In this document: one piece after another, positions 23,878 through 38,164 of the stretch
How positions within the stretch are numbered: position 1 is the stretch's first letter
How the letters are laid out: each line of letters begins with the position of its first letter
Assembly: GCF_006345805.1 (NCBI RefSeq)
Contig: NC_042997.1
Coordinates: forward strand, 40,610,001-40,674,000
Source: Octopus sinensis
Lineage: Eukaryota
Length of the DNA stretch: 64,000 nt
Direction: 5' to 3'
The notes under the pieces: generated by a model
Database searches by the model: none
Told to the model about the DNA's origin: nothing
Seen by the model: the letters and a program-made list of their open reading frames with translations, nothing else
Made by a program: the position numbers and the translations under genes

Positions 23878-24861
23878 TTATCTATTAATATATGCAATGT
23901 ATGTACACACAGGCACGCATACACATATAGGTGTTTAATGTGTATGTATATATAAAATGCTAAAAATTGATAAAAACATTATCTGATACACTTCTCAATA
24001 TGAAATGTACAATGGCATAAACATTCTTTAGATGTAAAATAATGACAGTTTTTTTAACACCAAGATGGGTCAACTAGGTTTTAGCTTGAAAGATAAAAGT
24101 TCTATCGTATACGAGAGAGAGAGAGAGTATTTCTTTATTCACCATAAGGTTGAGAAAAAGAGGGGACAAAACAAACGTTGGGGTCAGGGTATCGAATGAG
24201 ACGAAACGTATGAATAAACAAACAATTAAAATATATACAATTCAATGAGAATGAGTGAATAACAAAAAATGAAGCGGAGGACGCGGTTGACCCCGCAAAC
24301 CACATACTCACACTGAAGACTTTGCTTTCTCCTTTTTCACATTCTTGATTAAACAGGTTGCTATAGACTTCCATACTTGCTATAGACTTCCATCTTTTAC
24401 GAAACACACTTTGCGACAGGCATTTCTTCTCCAGAGAGAGATAAGAGAGAGAGAGAGAGAGAGAGAGAGATTAAGAGTGACTGACTACTTCATACAGACT
24501 ATCGTTCTCTCTCCATTTTTTACCTTCTCGTGCCTTTCTGTCGGACGGCGTCGGCACGAAACTTCGAAGACTTTTCCATTCGTCCTGAGTGTCAAGTTAA
24601 TACACCTGTTTGTTATTTCCTCACCATTCTTCGTCTTTCGGTTTCTGTAAATTTGAACTCCATACTAAATGGGTTCTAAGATTAGTGAATAACAGAGATG
24701 AGAGATACGCTAAAGTGGCAAGATTAAGTCAATTGTTGTACAAAAAAGAGGCGAGGACTTCAGCCTGTTGGATATGTGTACATGTGTGTGTGTGTGCCTG
24801 TGTGTGTGTGCGTATGTGTATGCTTGTTAGTTTGTGTGTGCGTGCGTATGTGTATACTTGT

Positions 24862-24898
<37 letters not shown>

Positions 24899-25202
24899 CG
24901 TGGGACTAGTGTATAAGGTGTATGTAGCTGTGTTGATGATTAAGAGTTGGTATCCAAATAGTAGAAGCTATTAGTAACGGGATTATTTTTTTAAATGAAT
25001 TAAATTGCACTCGAAGTAGATTGATAGTTTAATAATTAATTTCTGGTGTTAGCGATTGTATAACTTCTTTTCTAAAAGAAGTGACATTTTTTAAAATGAG
25101 AAAAAAAGGTAAGAAGAAAGACAGGAAATAAATTGAAAAATAGGAAACAAGAGCGGATTTTCAAATGAAGATGTGGAGTAAAAGAATGTAAGTGATTACT
25201 TG

Positions 25203-25255
<53 letters not shown>

Positions 25256-25283
25256 TATGTATATATATAAATACATATATACT

Positions 25284-25639
25284 ACGGCACTCCGTCGGTT
25301 ACGACGACGAGGGTACCAGTTGATCCACTCAACGGAACAGCCTGCTCGTGAAATTAACGTGCAAGTGGCTAAGCACTCCACAGACACGTGCACCCTTAAC
25401 GTAGTTCTCGGGGAGATTCAGCGTGACACAGAGAGTGACAAGGCCGGTCCTTTGAAATACAGGTACAACAGAAACAGGAAGTAAGAGTGAGAGAAAGTTG
25501 TGGTGAAAGAGTACAGCAGGGTTCGCCACCACCCACTGCCGGATCCTCGTGGAGATTTAGGTGTTTTCGCTCAATAAACACTCACAACAACCGATCTGGA
25601 AATCGAAACCGCGAGTCCACTACCCTAGCCATTGCGCCT

Positions 25640-25642
<3 letters not shown>
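25284..25642 (-). mobile_element. tRNA-derived SINE family B with RTE-like tail
   Basis: Matches 41789-42174 in reverse; inserted in (TA)n. Confidence 0.88.
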
Positions 25643-25699
<57 letters not shown>

Positions 25700-25773
25700 C
25701 ATACATACATACACACATACATACATACATACATACATACATACATACATACATACATACATACATACATACA

Positions 25774-25805
<32 letters not shown>

Positions 25806-25869
25806 GACACCAGTTGGATATCGGGAGAAAGAGTGAAAGATACCATAGTAGAACTTAATAGTATTTTAA

Positions 25870-26620
25870 GTTTGATCGAGTCAGTCTCTTGGTACTCTGA
25901 TACTCTGATAATTTTCTTCGTTGATTTTTATCTAATTTCATTTATAAAAGGAGAGGAAGATTAAAGAAGGATGGGCTATTCTACATATGTAGGAGAGCAA
26001 TTAACGGAAGTGAGTGTAAGGATTTCTTTCTGACTGCTACACTAGATTAGGATATGATAGCTGTCTCCTTATTAAAAGGTCTTGATTATTGATTCTAATA
26101 GACTTGGATCGAATCAATACATATACAGGTATATTGATAGCGATAGATGTTTCATTTGCTTTCTAATAAGATGTTTGGTGTTTAACGTTGTGTTGGAGAA
26201 CAAAGATACGATAAGAAATACTATGGTGTAGTTGTTCATTAGTTATGAAAGATAGATCATTTTATCAATTTATTTGCTGACTTTATGATAATGCTTTTGT
26301 GATTTGTAGCTGTCTTGCAGGCTATTGGTGGGCGTCTAGACGTAAAGTATTCTATACATCCTTAACAGATAAGTGGAATCAAGTTCTGAAGTCGCTCAAA
26401 AGCGGTATCCTTTTAAAGTAGGATATAGGTATGATGTCAAGTTAGGGTACTGTTTATTACAAATGGAAGTTAAGTTGTTTAGAAGGTTATTTAAGTATCT
26501 AGTTAAAGCTTGTCGTAGGTTGATAGCTGAATTGAACGAGTAGCTCTTGCTAAAGGCATTCAATTTACTATCATTCTTTGAGTTTAGTAAAGAAACCAAT
26601 CACTTAAAGACTTCTTATAG
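25870..26620 (-). pseudogene. Decayed Penelope-like RT N-terminal fragment
   Basis: Minus strand NHKSIIIKSANN (cf. IIKPADKG) and PSFFNLP (cf. P.FY.LPKIHK); many stops. Confidence 0.33.
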
Positions 26621-26823
26621 ATTTTAGTGGAGAAACTGATGTTGGAATAATACCTACGTTTAGAAACGTAGGTATTGAAAGAAAATTAAAAGAAGGTTCC
26701 TTTATCATTACAATCTCCAAAAGCTATCGTTTGTTTTATTTGAAAAATAACTTGACTCATTATTATGCTGATTCTAAAAAGTCAACACATATTCGGATAC
26801 ATGCTTACATATACGCATTTATT

Positions 26824-27240
26824 GGCGCAGGAGAGGCTGAGTGGTAAGTAGCTTGCTTACCAACCACATGGTTCCGGGTTCATTCCCACTACGTGGCACC
26901 TTGGGCAAGTGTATTCTACTATAGCTTCGGGCCGACCAAAGCCTTGTGAGTGGATTTGGTAGACGGAAACTGAGGGAAGCCCGTCATATATATGTATATA
27001 TATATATATATGTATGTATGTGTGTGTGTGTTTATGTGCTTGTGTTTGTCCCCCCCCCCCCCAACATTACTTGACAACCGATGGTGGTGTGTTTACGTCC
27101 CCGTAACTTAGCGGTTCGGCAAAACAGACCGATTGAAAAAGTACTAGGCTTACAAAGAATAAGTCCTGGAGTCGATTTGCTCGACTAAAGGCGGTACTCC
27201 AGCATGGCCACAGTCAAATGACTGAAACAGGTAAAAGAGT
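26824..27240 (+). mobile_element. SINE family E, full length
   Basis: ggcgcaggagaggctgagtggtaagtagcttgc...cagtcaaatgactgaaacaggtaaaagag. Confidence 0.9.
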
Positions 27241-28329
27241 ATACAGAAACACGTTTATATGTAGACATAAAGAAAGAATTCCGATCTGTTTCAAATCAGA
27301 TTTCCCAACTAATTACCCAAATATAATCTTTGCCGCGTGTTCTTTCTGCAATATCTATGTTCCCCCGCCACAACCAGTGAAATTTAGAAGCAATTTCACA
27401 ACGTTTATGAGTATTTGACTCGTCGTCTTCATCGTGTAATCTAAAATTTAACCTTTCAACGTTGCTTGAATAAGTTAGTAAAACGAAGTTTATAAGTAAT
27501 AAGCAACTTCAAATGTGATGTATGTATGTATGTATATATTTATATATGCACACGCGGTGCTCCCATGACTATATCACAGGGACAAGCAATATGTGTGTGT
27601 AATTATGCGTGCGTGTGTTTTGAGTGTGTGTCTGTGTGACTGTATGTGCATATTTGTCTTTATGATACATACATATATACATGCACACATATATACATAC
27701 ATATATACAAAACACCCTTACACACAACCTATGTATGAGTGTGTGTGTGTTTGCGTCAGCTCTTTCATACGTATACAAAAAAACTTTCTCTTGACTCGCT
27801 GTTTTATCGAGGACAAGTTATTCATCAATTCTTTTCATGTTTAAAGGTGGGAGGTAAACAGAAATAGGTGAATCTGACGTTTCACAGACCTTTCAGGAAA
27901 TACAACACAAAATCAAATCCTCAACTGGTTCTTCAAGTAATCATTGATAATAATCGTCCATTGTGCATTCTTGCTAGCAAGAGTCTACATGCATATGCAC
28001 ACACACACGCGCGCCCGCGCGCATGCACTGTATATTCGTTGTTCATTCCTTTATTATTGTTCTTATTTTATCTTATGTCGACTGCCTGGAACTCTTTCGT
28101 CACACATATGTGCCCTCTTCATAAACTCTTTTATCCAACGTGTATCCTGCTGCTCTGTTCAGACCATTCTCCAAAACAAATTCATGGATGTATGTATATA
28201 TAACAAATTCATAAAAGTATATATATATAAGAATATATATATAATGTACACATATATATATATTATTATATATTATATATATATATAATATATATTATAT
28301 ATATATTTATACATATATATATATACACA

Positions 28330-28361
<32 letters not shown>

Positions 28362-28523
28362 AAATAATTTTTTGCGTAATGTGATAAAAAAAACCAAGGG
28401 TGTGTAGTATTACAGCATTTATAGATAGAAGGTCTTACAGCTGTTTCCAGGATATTTATTAATTCAGAAAGAAGGAGAGAAAAAAGTATGCGTGCAGAGG
28501 CTAGTGAATCACATGGCGATCTG

Positions 28524-28580
<57 letters not shown>

Positions 28581-28793
28581 ATATATACATACATACATAC
28601 ATATATATATACATATTTATATATATAATATATATATATATATATAAGTTCAGCAAAATTTAGATTCAGTTGAAGTAGCATGAAACAATTGTACTACTCT
28701 ACCTTGGATATCCCTGTTGCTTATTTTGATTATATATATATATGATATACATATAATATACACACACACACTCACGCGCGCATACACACACAT

Positions 28794-28990
28794 ACGAAGG
28801 AGTGCTGAAAAGTTCCTGGCTCTGGGTAAAAGAAAATACAGGAGGATCCGTTAATAATGATTTTATTCAACATATTCCCCTTCTCAGATTCACACACTTA
28901 TTGCGGCAGTCCTTCAGGTTTTCTAATCCCTGTCAAGGAACTCGGAAGGTTGGGCCTCCAGCCGTTTCGCGATACCCTTAAAGCAAAGAA
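28794..28990 (-). mobile_element. Mariner 3' terminus with TIR
   Basis: TA-cgaaggagtgctgaaaagttcc TIR; minus strand LENLKDCRNKCVNLRR corresponds to the mariner C-terminus. Confidence 0.75.
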
Positions 28991-29008
28991 CTATTCAGTA
29001 CCTCTCGG

Positions 29009-29083
<75 letters not shown>

Positions 29084-29090
29084 AGTGTGT

Positions 29091-29355
29091 GTACTGTAAT
29101 ATATCGATTCAGGCAATCGTGTGGCTATCACAGAAAACTCTTGTAGCACATCTGGCAAGCAGATCACATTGTAGATATTCAAATGTCATACTCCCTAACT
29201 TTCTATGGTATATATACTCCTCATGAATTAATTTCGTTGGTCGGGACTTCTGGATTTCAGATGCACGGGCACTCAGCATTACATCTCACTGCGAGTCCGC
29301 AATCAGAGCTTTCTGTGATAGCCACACGATTCTCTGAATCCATATACTACACTAC
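29091..29355. mobile_element. MITE-like element with ~50-bp imperfect TIRs
   Basis: gtaatatatcgattcaggcaatcgtgtggctatcacagaaaactct (29096-29141) versus agagctttctgtgatagccacacgattctctgaatccatatactac (29305-29350). Confidence 0.8.
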
Positions 29356-32303
29356 GAATCCATATACTACACGGTGTGTGTGTGTGTTTGTATGCGCGCG
29401 TGTGTGTGTAGAGAGAGAGAGAGATAGACTATTCTATGGCCTATGTATTGCTTATAACGTAAGACATTGCAAAACATTTTTTCCAATTCTTAGAATTTTT
29501 ATTATGCATCTTTATTAAGCATCCGGATTCTTCAGAACAGATAACTTATACTAATATTCTAGCTTGTTCAGTATGGGTCAATTTATTATATTTTGTGTTT
29601 TCCATATCGATCTTCTTTTAGTAAAAGAATTAAAAATTTTCTATGGTGAAAAGTCTTTACAAATGTCTTAATATCCTAAATAAATCACTATTGAAAAGAT
29701 ATGCAATTTTGATGGAAATGAAAGAATTGCGATGGAGAGTATAAGCGTATCAAAAACAAGATAGTTTCATTTGAAAAATAACTATTATATTATCAGTGTG
29801 TTGTCAATTATTTGCAGATTGAGATCAAAGCGTGTAAATCATTGTCGACTTCTTTATATCTCACCTAAACTCTACAATCTCAATGTAAGAAACAATTGGA
29901 TCTGTAATAATATGTTTACAAACATGATTTGACAAGTGCTGTCTTTCTCTACAAAATTCCTGTCTTCGGTCAAAAATCCATAAAATCATTATATATGTAA
30001 TTATGAGTTTAAACCTGAAATACTACAAAAACCGTGACTGTAGTATATCAACTAATTTTATTGCACCTATCGACACTGGTATACTGAAAAAATTGCCATG
30101 GCGTTTTATTGACATTTATTGTGTAAAAGAAATGTTATAATCTTGAAAAGGAATTTCCAAAAGCAGTAAGCATTAATTTTTAAGGCATCCTATGCAATAA
30201 ATCAAAGTCTATTAATATAATTAACATATAACACCGAGAGCTGATATTGTACTTATTCGTCTTTATTTAGATTCACTATTTCGTGTTCAACGTAAAATCA
30301 ATATGAATGAATGTGATATGGGCAAACTTTTGTTTTTGAACAACAGTCTTTTGGTTGTATTATTGCTTATTCATTAAAAACTTATAGCGGTTTTAATTAC
30401 AGTACTATATTATTAATTTCTAAGGAGATATTTCACCGATTTTCCGGTGTGTATTCAGAGCTAACCTAAACTTTGTCTTTGTTGCTTTATAAGCTATGTG
30501 TTATGGTTGGTGCAGTCGGTCTATGAAATAAAGCAACCTTTCATGACATATTCAATACTTAATGGTAATCCTCAGAATATAGAAGAAGACAAGCATGGAC
30601 ATATATCACTTCTGTATTTTCTTTATTAGACTAGTCAGGATATGGGCTTGCGATCATGGCGCCATGTTAATAATGTGTTTCACGTTACTCTGGAATAATT
30701 ACAATGTTACATTATTTAGCACGAAATGCTAATAATTCATTACTGTAATACGTATCACAGATTCTTATGTCATTTTAGTTAAGTGCATATATAAATGTCT
30801 GGAATTTTTAGATAACAACCTTTATGACAAATTAGAAACTCCAAATATAAACGATGATTTCTAAAATTGATGCAAGGTCCAATATTTAGAGGAGCAGCCA
30901 CAGTCCATTGAAATGAACCTCAGTAATTGAAGGTACTGATTTTATTTATCTCGGAAGGATAAAGATAAAGGAAATGCCGGTCTTAACAGGATTTAAAGTT
31001 GGAACATAGATGAATATGAATAAACACAGCAAAGCAATCCACAGGTTCTGTAACTCCATCTCCCAATCAAACTTAGAAGGAACATCTACATGGATTGCAT
31101 TTGACCTGTGAAAAATAGTAGCCATATTCCCTTTCACATCACATTTTACTATATTATAAGAAAGGTCACATTAGGTAGTGTAATCATGGATACATTGTCA
31201 GGAAATAAGCTGAGATGGTCATAATTGAAAGGTTTTTGTCATAGGTCTACTTAATCAGAGCAGACCTAGGGTTAAACTCCAATAAAACCTAATACATAAA
31301 TATAATTTTATCATTATGTTGTTAATTCTAGAAGTTTATCTGTCGAGCATTAAAATGAGAAATTATCATTGAATAGAAAACTCAAAATATATTTGTCTGA
31401 TAAATGTTTATACAGTACGTTAAATCAGAATCGATGTTTCTTTTTTTAATGAGTAACTGTTTATTATACCCAGAGGTGTCTAGAGAAAGTTATAGCAATG
31501 CTTATCTTCATATTTTTTCCAACTATATCAATATTTATTCGTCCAACTCATGTATAGCATTATAACATAACCATATCAAGATAATTGTTGGTGGCTAAGG
31601 ACATAGGGCAGTAAGAAATATCCCACTGAGCTGAGAAGTCCCACAAACAATTTTCATTACTTTGTTGTGTCTGGGGAGAGTCATTTTCTTTTTGTGCCTT
31701 ATAATGTAACAATCTCACCGGTAAAATTTCCACTTATAATTTGACACACTCACCGGTAAAATTCCCAGTAATTTCTTATTTTTATTTTCCTAAAATTTTC
31801 GTTGCGTCTTGCAACCTTTTCAATAGTCTTGACTCTCAAGACTATTGAAAAGGTTACATTATAAATCACAAAAAGAAAATTACTCTCCCCAGACATAACA
31901 GAATATGCTTCAACACACGAACTCATATAAAGAATCTTGCAAACCAAACCCAAAAGCGAAAGTTTCATTACCTTTTTTAGTATTGTCTTATATACAGGAA
32001 TATTGAAGAAAGTAAATGCATGCATACATTTAAGGAGCAGTCAGAATTGCGTTGCTGTGAAGTTTTCTTTGCAGCCATGTGAGTTTGAGTTCGATTTCTC
32101 TACGTGGTGACGTGAGAAAATATATTCAACCGTAATCTTGGGTCAGCTCACTTTTTGATATCTTCGGGGTTATTTTTGCAGAAGGAAACTGCACAAAAGC
32201 TTGTCATGTATATGTATATATGCATGCATGCATACACATATACATATATGCATATTTAGATGTGTATGTATATGTATATATGCATGCACACATACATGCA
32301 CAC

Positions 32304-32344
32304 ATGCATATTTTGATAGATGTTGTAATCAGACAAGAAAGCAG
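32304..32344 (+). CDS. Possible short upstream exon (MHILIDVVIRQES-R) of the transglutaminase
   Basis: Strong donor CAG|gtaagc at 32345. The phase-2 end AG joins G33598 to give Arg, in frame. The ATG lies in microsatellite-like sequence, so it may be chance. Confidence 0.22.
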
Positions 32345-33004
32345 GTAAGCCGATGCTTTCGAACGAAAATCACCTGCCTTTGATAATTGTTCTACTCAAG
32401 TTGCACAGAACATCTCTTGTCAATCTTGCCATCGTAAATGACATGAACCAGCAATTTGCCCGCTGGAAATCTCTAACCAACGACGTTATTGTTCACAAAA
32501 TGTGATATAAATAAAATTGATATCTCGCTTAGCTAAGCTTGCAGCGTAATTTGGATTCTCAACTGAAGCCATTTTTCTGCGAGTGAAGCGAATGCTCTTG
32601 AAGAAGACATTCAAACAATTATCCTTCGCGTAGGAATATTTGCCTTAAACACGCAAACATGCTTATATCAATTCATAAAATGTATACGAATTGCTCTTTA
32701 AGAAAGGCTATATCACAAGGTCACCTATCTTTAAGGCTGGAAGATCATTCCTAGTTCAAAACAATTAATGGCATAAAGTAAAGGAAATGAATTATCTTTA
32801 ATATGTATCGTGCCAAAATGTTGTCTATCTTCATCGAAAGCTCAGCATTTATTCATTGTTCATTGATGTAATATAGATTTTGGGCTGTCTTACGTTTATT
32901 CTTTTGTAATTCTTATATAATTTTTGCATGATTCAGTCATTGAACTGCGGCTATCCGCCAAGGCTCGATCTTAAAGGGTTTTAGGTTTTAGTCAATCATA
33001 TCAG

Positions 33005-33063
<59 letters not shown>

Positions 33064-33270
33064 TTTATATTATATAGAGGGCATTACTATACATAAATGC
33101 CACACGCTAGGAGGGACTCTTATAGTCAAAACTACCAAAATAAACAATCACATCGTACCGAAAGTGAGGGAATTCTGTTTTTAAGTTGCTCGCTTCGAGA
33201 GAATTCAGCTGCAAATCATGATTTCATAATTGCTGCAGAAATGTACTCTACTACAACTACTACTACTACA

Positions 33271-33341
<71 letters not shown>

Positions 33342-33385
33342 CATCACCACCACCACCACTACTACTACTACTACCATCACCACCA

Positions 33386-33431
<46 letters not shown>

Positions 33432-33597
33432 TACTGCTGCTGCTGCCACCACTACTATTGTTGTTGCTATTGTTGCTATTATGTGGATTTAATTTGAGGA
33501 GTATTCTTTTTGTTAATCCTATATCAAAACAATATCCAATATGTATATAATATATATTTATATCTATCTATCCATATCTATATATTTTTCGTTTCAG

Positions 33598-33746
33598 GAC
33601 GTCTTTCACGGAGAAGTTCGCCTCATACTATGGCAATATACGTGGACTTCTACTGGGAAGCAACTTGATTGGTCGTCGTTCAGCCTGCAATGAGAATTTG
33701 TTCTCTGAAGAAGCTCAGCTAACAGCTTTCAAGAAGGAGAAAGAAG
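33598..33746 (+). CDS. Upstream coding exon of the transglutaminase gene (N-terminal extension)
   Basis: Acceptor tttttcgtttcag ends at 33597 and donor AAG|gtaatt starts at 33747. The 149-nt exon (phase 2 to 1) is open: TSFTEKFASYYGNIRGLLLGSNLIGRRSACNENLFSEEAQLTAFKKEKE. The terminal G joins AG at 62587 to give GAG (Glu), in frame with the Transglut_N exon. Confidence 0.7.
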
Positions 33747-34067
33747 GTAATTATATTATTTTCGTGTTACCCCCATGGCCCCGTCCTTATAATGTGTTTT
33801 GTATTACTCTTGAATAATTACGATGCTCTTATGTATTTGCCAATAATTTATACATTTAGCGTATGTTAAAAACATTTCCAACACTAATCTAACTTGATGC
33901 AGTTTGTGCAAATGTTTTTTTTAATGCGTTGTAAGCTACAAGAGCAGACATCAAAAACAGAATTCGGAAGGCGGGATGGATAAACATTTAGAAAGCATCT
34001 ATGAGAGAACATTATTGGCATGTGTTCGTCACAGTTTTCTTTGAATCCAGTGCCCGTTACACACAAC

Positions 34068-34442
34068 GTATGTGGCACTCCGTCGGTTACGGCGACGAGG
34101 GTTCCAGTTGATCCGATCAATGGAACATCCTGCTCGTGAAATTAACGTGCATGTTGTTGAGCACTCCACAGACACGTGTACCCTTAAAGTAGTTCCCGGT
34201 GAGATTCAGCGTGACACAGTGTGTGACAAGGCTGGCCCTTTGAAACACAGGCAGAAACAGTGAGAAAAAGTTGTGGTGAAGGAGTACAGCAGGGCTCGCC
34301 ACCAGCCCCTGCCGGATCCTCGTGGTGATTTAGGTGTTTTCACTTTATAAACACTCACAACGCCCGATCTGGGAATCGAAACCGCGATCTAATGACTGAG
34401 AGTTCGCTGCCTAACCCCTAACCACTGGGCCATTGGGCCTCC
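34068..34442 (-). mobile_element. SINE family B
   Basis: 9-bp TSD acacacaac at 34059-34067 and 34443-34451. Confidence 0.88.
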
Positions 34443-34482
34443 ACACACAACATATACATACATACATACATACATACATACA

Positions 34483-34552
<70 letters not shown>

Positions 34553-34710
34553 GTGTGTGTGCGTAATTCGGCAGTGCAGTGGTGTTAGGTCTGAAAAGGA
34601 CCTATGTTCTCTTAGCTACGTATAGCTTATAATTTTTTGACCCGTTGACATATGGTGTGGACGTTTCAACTGCTTTTCGTTTTATTGTATGTGTTGTGGA
34701 GATGTTTATA

Positions 34711-35569
34711 GGCACAGACGTAGCTCTGTAGTAAGAAGATTGCACCTCAACCACATGGTTCCGGGTTCCGTGCTACTGCGTGGCACCTTGGGCTAGTGTC
34801 TTCTACTATATGTTCTTCGGGCCAACCACAGCCTTGTGAATGGATTAGGTAGACGGAAACTGAAAGAAGCCCGTCGCGTAAATATATGCATATGTCTGTG
34901 TGTTTGTGTTTGTCTCTCCATTACCGTTTGACAACCGGAGCTGGTGTGTTTACTTCCCCGTAATTTCGCGGCTCGGCAAAAGAGAATTAGGTTTATAAAA
35001 CATAAGTCCTGGGGTCGATTTGTTCGACTAAAACCCTTCAAGGCGGCTCCAGCATCGCTGTAGCCAAATGACTTTAACATGCAAAATAATAAAAGAATAA
35101 AATATATATATATATATATAATATATATATATAATATATATATATATATATAGGCGCAGGAGTGGCTGTGTGGTAAGTAGCTTGCTAACCAACCACATGG
35201 CTCCGGGTTCAGTCCCACTGCGTGGCATCTTGGGCATGTGTCTTCTGCTATAGCCCCGGGCCGTCCAATGCCTTGTGAGTGGATTTGGTAGACGGAAACT
35301 GAAAGAAGCCTGTCGTATATATGTATATATATATGTGTGTGTGTGTATGTGTGTGTGTATGTGTGTGTGTTTGTCCCCCTAGCATTGCTTGACAACCGAT
35401 GCTGGTGTGTTTACGTCCCCGTCACTTAGCGGTTCGGCAAAAGAGACCGATAGAATAAGTACTGGGCTTACAAAGAATAAGTCCCGGGGTCGATTTGCTC
35501 GACTAAAGGCGGTGCTCCAGCATGGCCGCAGTCAAATGACTGAAACAAGTAAAAGATAAAAAGATAAAG

Positions 35570-35570
<1 letters not shown>
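34711..35570 (+). mobile_element. Two adjacent SINE family E copies (34711-35098 older, 35152-35570 younger)
   Basis: Same head, CORE-like gtggcaccttgggc motif and tail repeated in direct orientation. Confidence 0.88.
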
Positions 35571-35600
<30 letters not shown>

Positions 35601-35898
35601 ATATATATATTTACACGCACACTTATCAATGTATATATATATATATATCTGTGTGTGTATCTCTGTCTTTATGTATGTATAAGTGTATGTATACATTAAC
35701 ACGTGCATACATGCAATCAAAAGTTGCAGTCTGTACACAAAAGACGGAGAGAGTTTGCAATAACTCATACTTTACAGTGTTCATGCCTAAAGTGAAAGGA
35801 CTGCCTAAAATGAAAGACACGGAATTAGACAGACAGGCAATTAGACAGATAGACAGGCAGATAGATAGGTAGGTAGGCATACATACAGACAGGCAAGC

Positions 35899-36034
<136 letters not shown>

Positions 36035-37005
36035 GAACCATTATATTTATGTTACAGTTAATTTTCTGAATATCCGATACCAACTGGTTTAGTTGAGATG
36101 AAATTTCGATCCGGAATGAAAGCCAAATAATAATTCTTTCAAATGAATAAATCTTTATTTACTGACGCCATTACGTCTTGATAGAATATTGCTCATTAAC
36201 TGATGTATTTGTTCATTATAACCACAATTGTACGTCTGTAAGCGTTCATGTGTACAGCGTAGAAATGTTATTCGTTTATGTGTAAACATGTTTGAGTATT
36301 GAAGGTAGCGTATGTGCAGTTGTACATTAATTACTGTATGTGTGTATGCGTGTGTGTGTGTGTGTGTGTGTGTGTATGCATGTCTAACTTCTGCTAATGT
36401 TATTACCTAAGAGATTAGACCGCTCATTACTAACAGTAACCCTCGTTGCTACGTTAAATGACAATGTACCTAACACACCTAATAAAAGGTGCCATTTGCA
36501 TTTTTAAGCTATTTTGAATTTCAGAGTTGTCACCCTTACCATGTTTTACAAATATTGTCATTAGCACTTATGAGTTTTCGTCTCATTATGAATACAATTT
36601 CAATTGGATACGATTTAATTTTGCCTAATTCTACTAAGCATGTTAGCCCGAACTTAATATGTTCAGAAGAAGCCTTTTAGACATTTTTCAATCTCATTAT
36701 GTTCGACTGCCTAATCAGTAAATTATCTTCACAAAAAAACTACATCTTTGAGTCATTCTATGATCTGGTAAATGCATATTACACGTTACTTAGCTGAAGT
36801 TGCCTAATAGCATCAAAATGTGTAGAGTTGTCTACAAATTTAGAGCCATCCTCTCCACATTGCATGCCTTTTTCATTTATAATCAACGTAAATCTTCATG
36901 TTTTCTACCTGGCTTTCCTTGACAAAATTTGCATTACAAGCATACACAGATGCATACATCCATGTCACAATCATATTTTAACTAACCTAGGAGCTAACAT
37001 TTCGT

Positions 37006-37091
<86 letters not shown>

Positions 37092-37094
<3 letters not shown>

Positions 37095-37320
37095 CTTTAC
37101 TACCCACAAGGGGCTAAACACAGAGGGGACAAACAAGAACAGACAAACGGATTAAGTCGTTTACATCGACCCCAGCGCGTAACTGGTACTTAATTTATCG
37201 ACCCCGAAAGGATGAAAGGCAAAGTCGACCTCGGTGGAATTTGAACCCAGAACGTAACGACAGACGAAATACGGCTACGCATTTCGCCCGGCGTGCTAAC
37301 GTTTCTGCCAGCTCGCCGCC
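37092..37320 (-). mobile_element. SINE family A, full length
   Basis: Reverse complement of 14993-15222; inserted in (TA)n. Confidence 0.9.
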
Positions 37321-37330
37321 TTATATATAT

Positions 37331-37450
37331 AGTAAATAAAAAAAAAAACTAGGAACAAACACAAAAACACAACAACGCGAAGACTTGGTACATGTAAAGT
37401 ATTAGCAGATGCTCAGGGAAGGAAAGAAGGGTGGTTTTTAGGTTTCGGGC
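37331..37450 (-). mobile_element. Hammerhead-bearing repeat, 5'-truncated copy 4
   Basis: Reverse complement gcccGAAACCTAAAAACcacccttctttccttccctgagcatc...cttcgcgttgttgtg; only the 3' half of the ribozyme remains. Confidence 0.55.
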
Positions 37451-38164
37451 TGTACATTCAGATATCCAAATCGTATTCAATGCGTTATCGAAAACTTAGT
37501 TCAACATAGTAATTCTAAGCTCGTATGTATTTTTATTAAGGTAGTTCATATCGGTAGCAATTCCTACGCGATTCCAAAGTCATAATCTGATAATTTCAGA
37601 GAGATCTGACGAATAATCGGATTTTTACGTCAAATTTTAGACGACGGGGTTAAATTTCAGGACGTTTGACACCCCTTTGATTGGTTTCACGTGGAGAAAA
37701 ATTAACCTATAATAAAGATTAATAGAGGGCATCAATCATGGTAATTGAAGAAAATGTCCGAATCTAACAAGCTAATGAACACGTCATTAAGATTAAGCTT
37801 TCTGAGTCACTGAAGAAAAAGTTATAGTATTTGATGAAGGGAGAGCTGAGATGCTTTTTAAAGGCAATCATTGCCAGCAAAGTAGTAAATGATAAATTGT
37901 TTCCCACACAGCTTTGCTAACAGTCTCCATTTTACGTTTTTTTTTTTTTTTTGTGTTAGTGAACTACCTGAAAAGGACCAGTGTAGGATGGGTTTTAAAA
38001 TGGAATCACTTTAGATGAAATCAAATGACAGGTTGAAATCGGAATATGTGCTAGTGTGCCGTGATGAGGTTGCAGTTGGTGTTATATGGTTATATGGGAC
38101 ATGTGTTTCTGCAGTCTACCCATGTATTGTGACGTATCTGGTTGTGATTCTGATTTGGACAGTT

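Noticed and set aside
24358-24394. 19-bp tandem duplication (also 29-bp at ~57731 and 21-bp at ~19566)
   Set aside because: Ordinary slippage duplications.
27870-27900. Minus-strand CTGAAAG...GAAACGTC hammerhead-like motif
   Set aside because: The core is mismatched, there is no stem II, and stem I does not pair.
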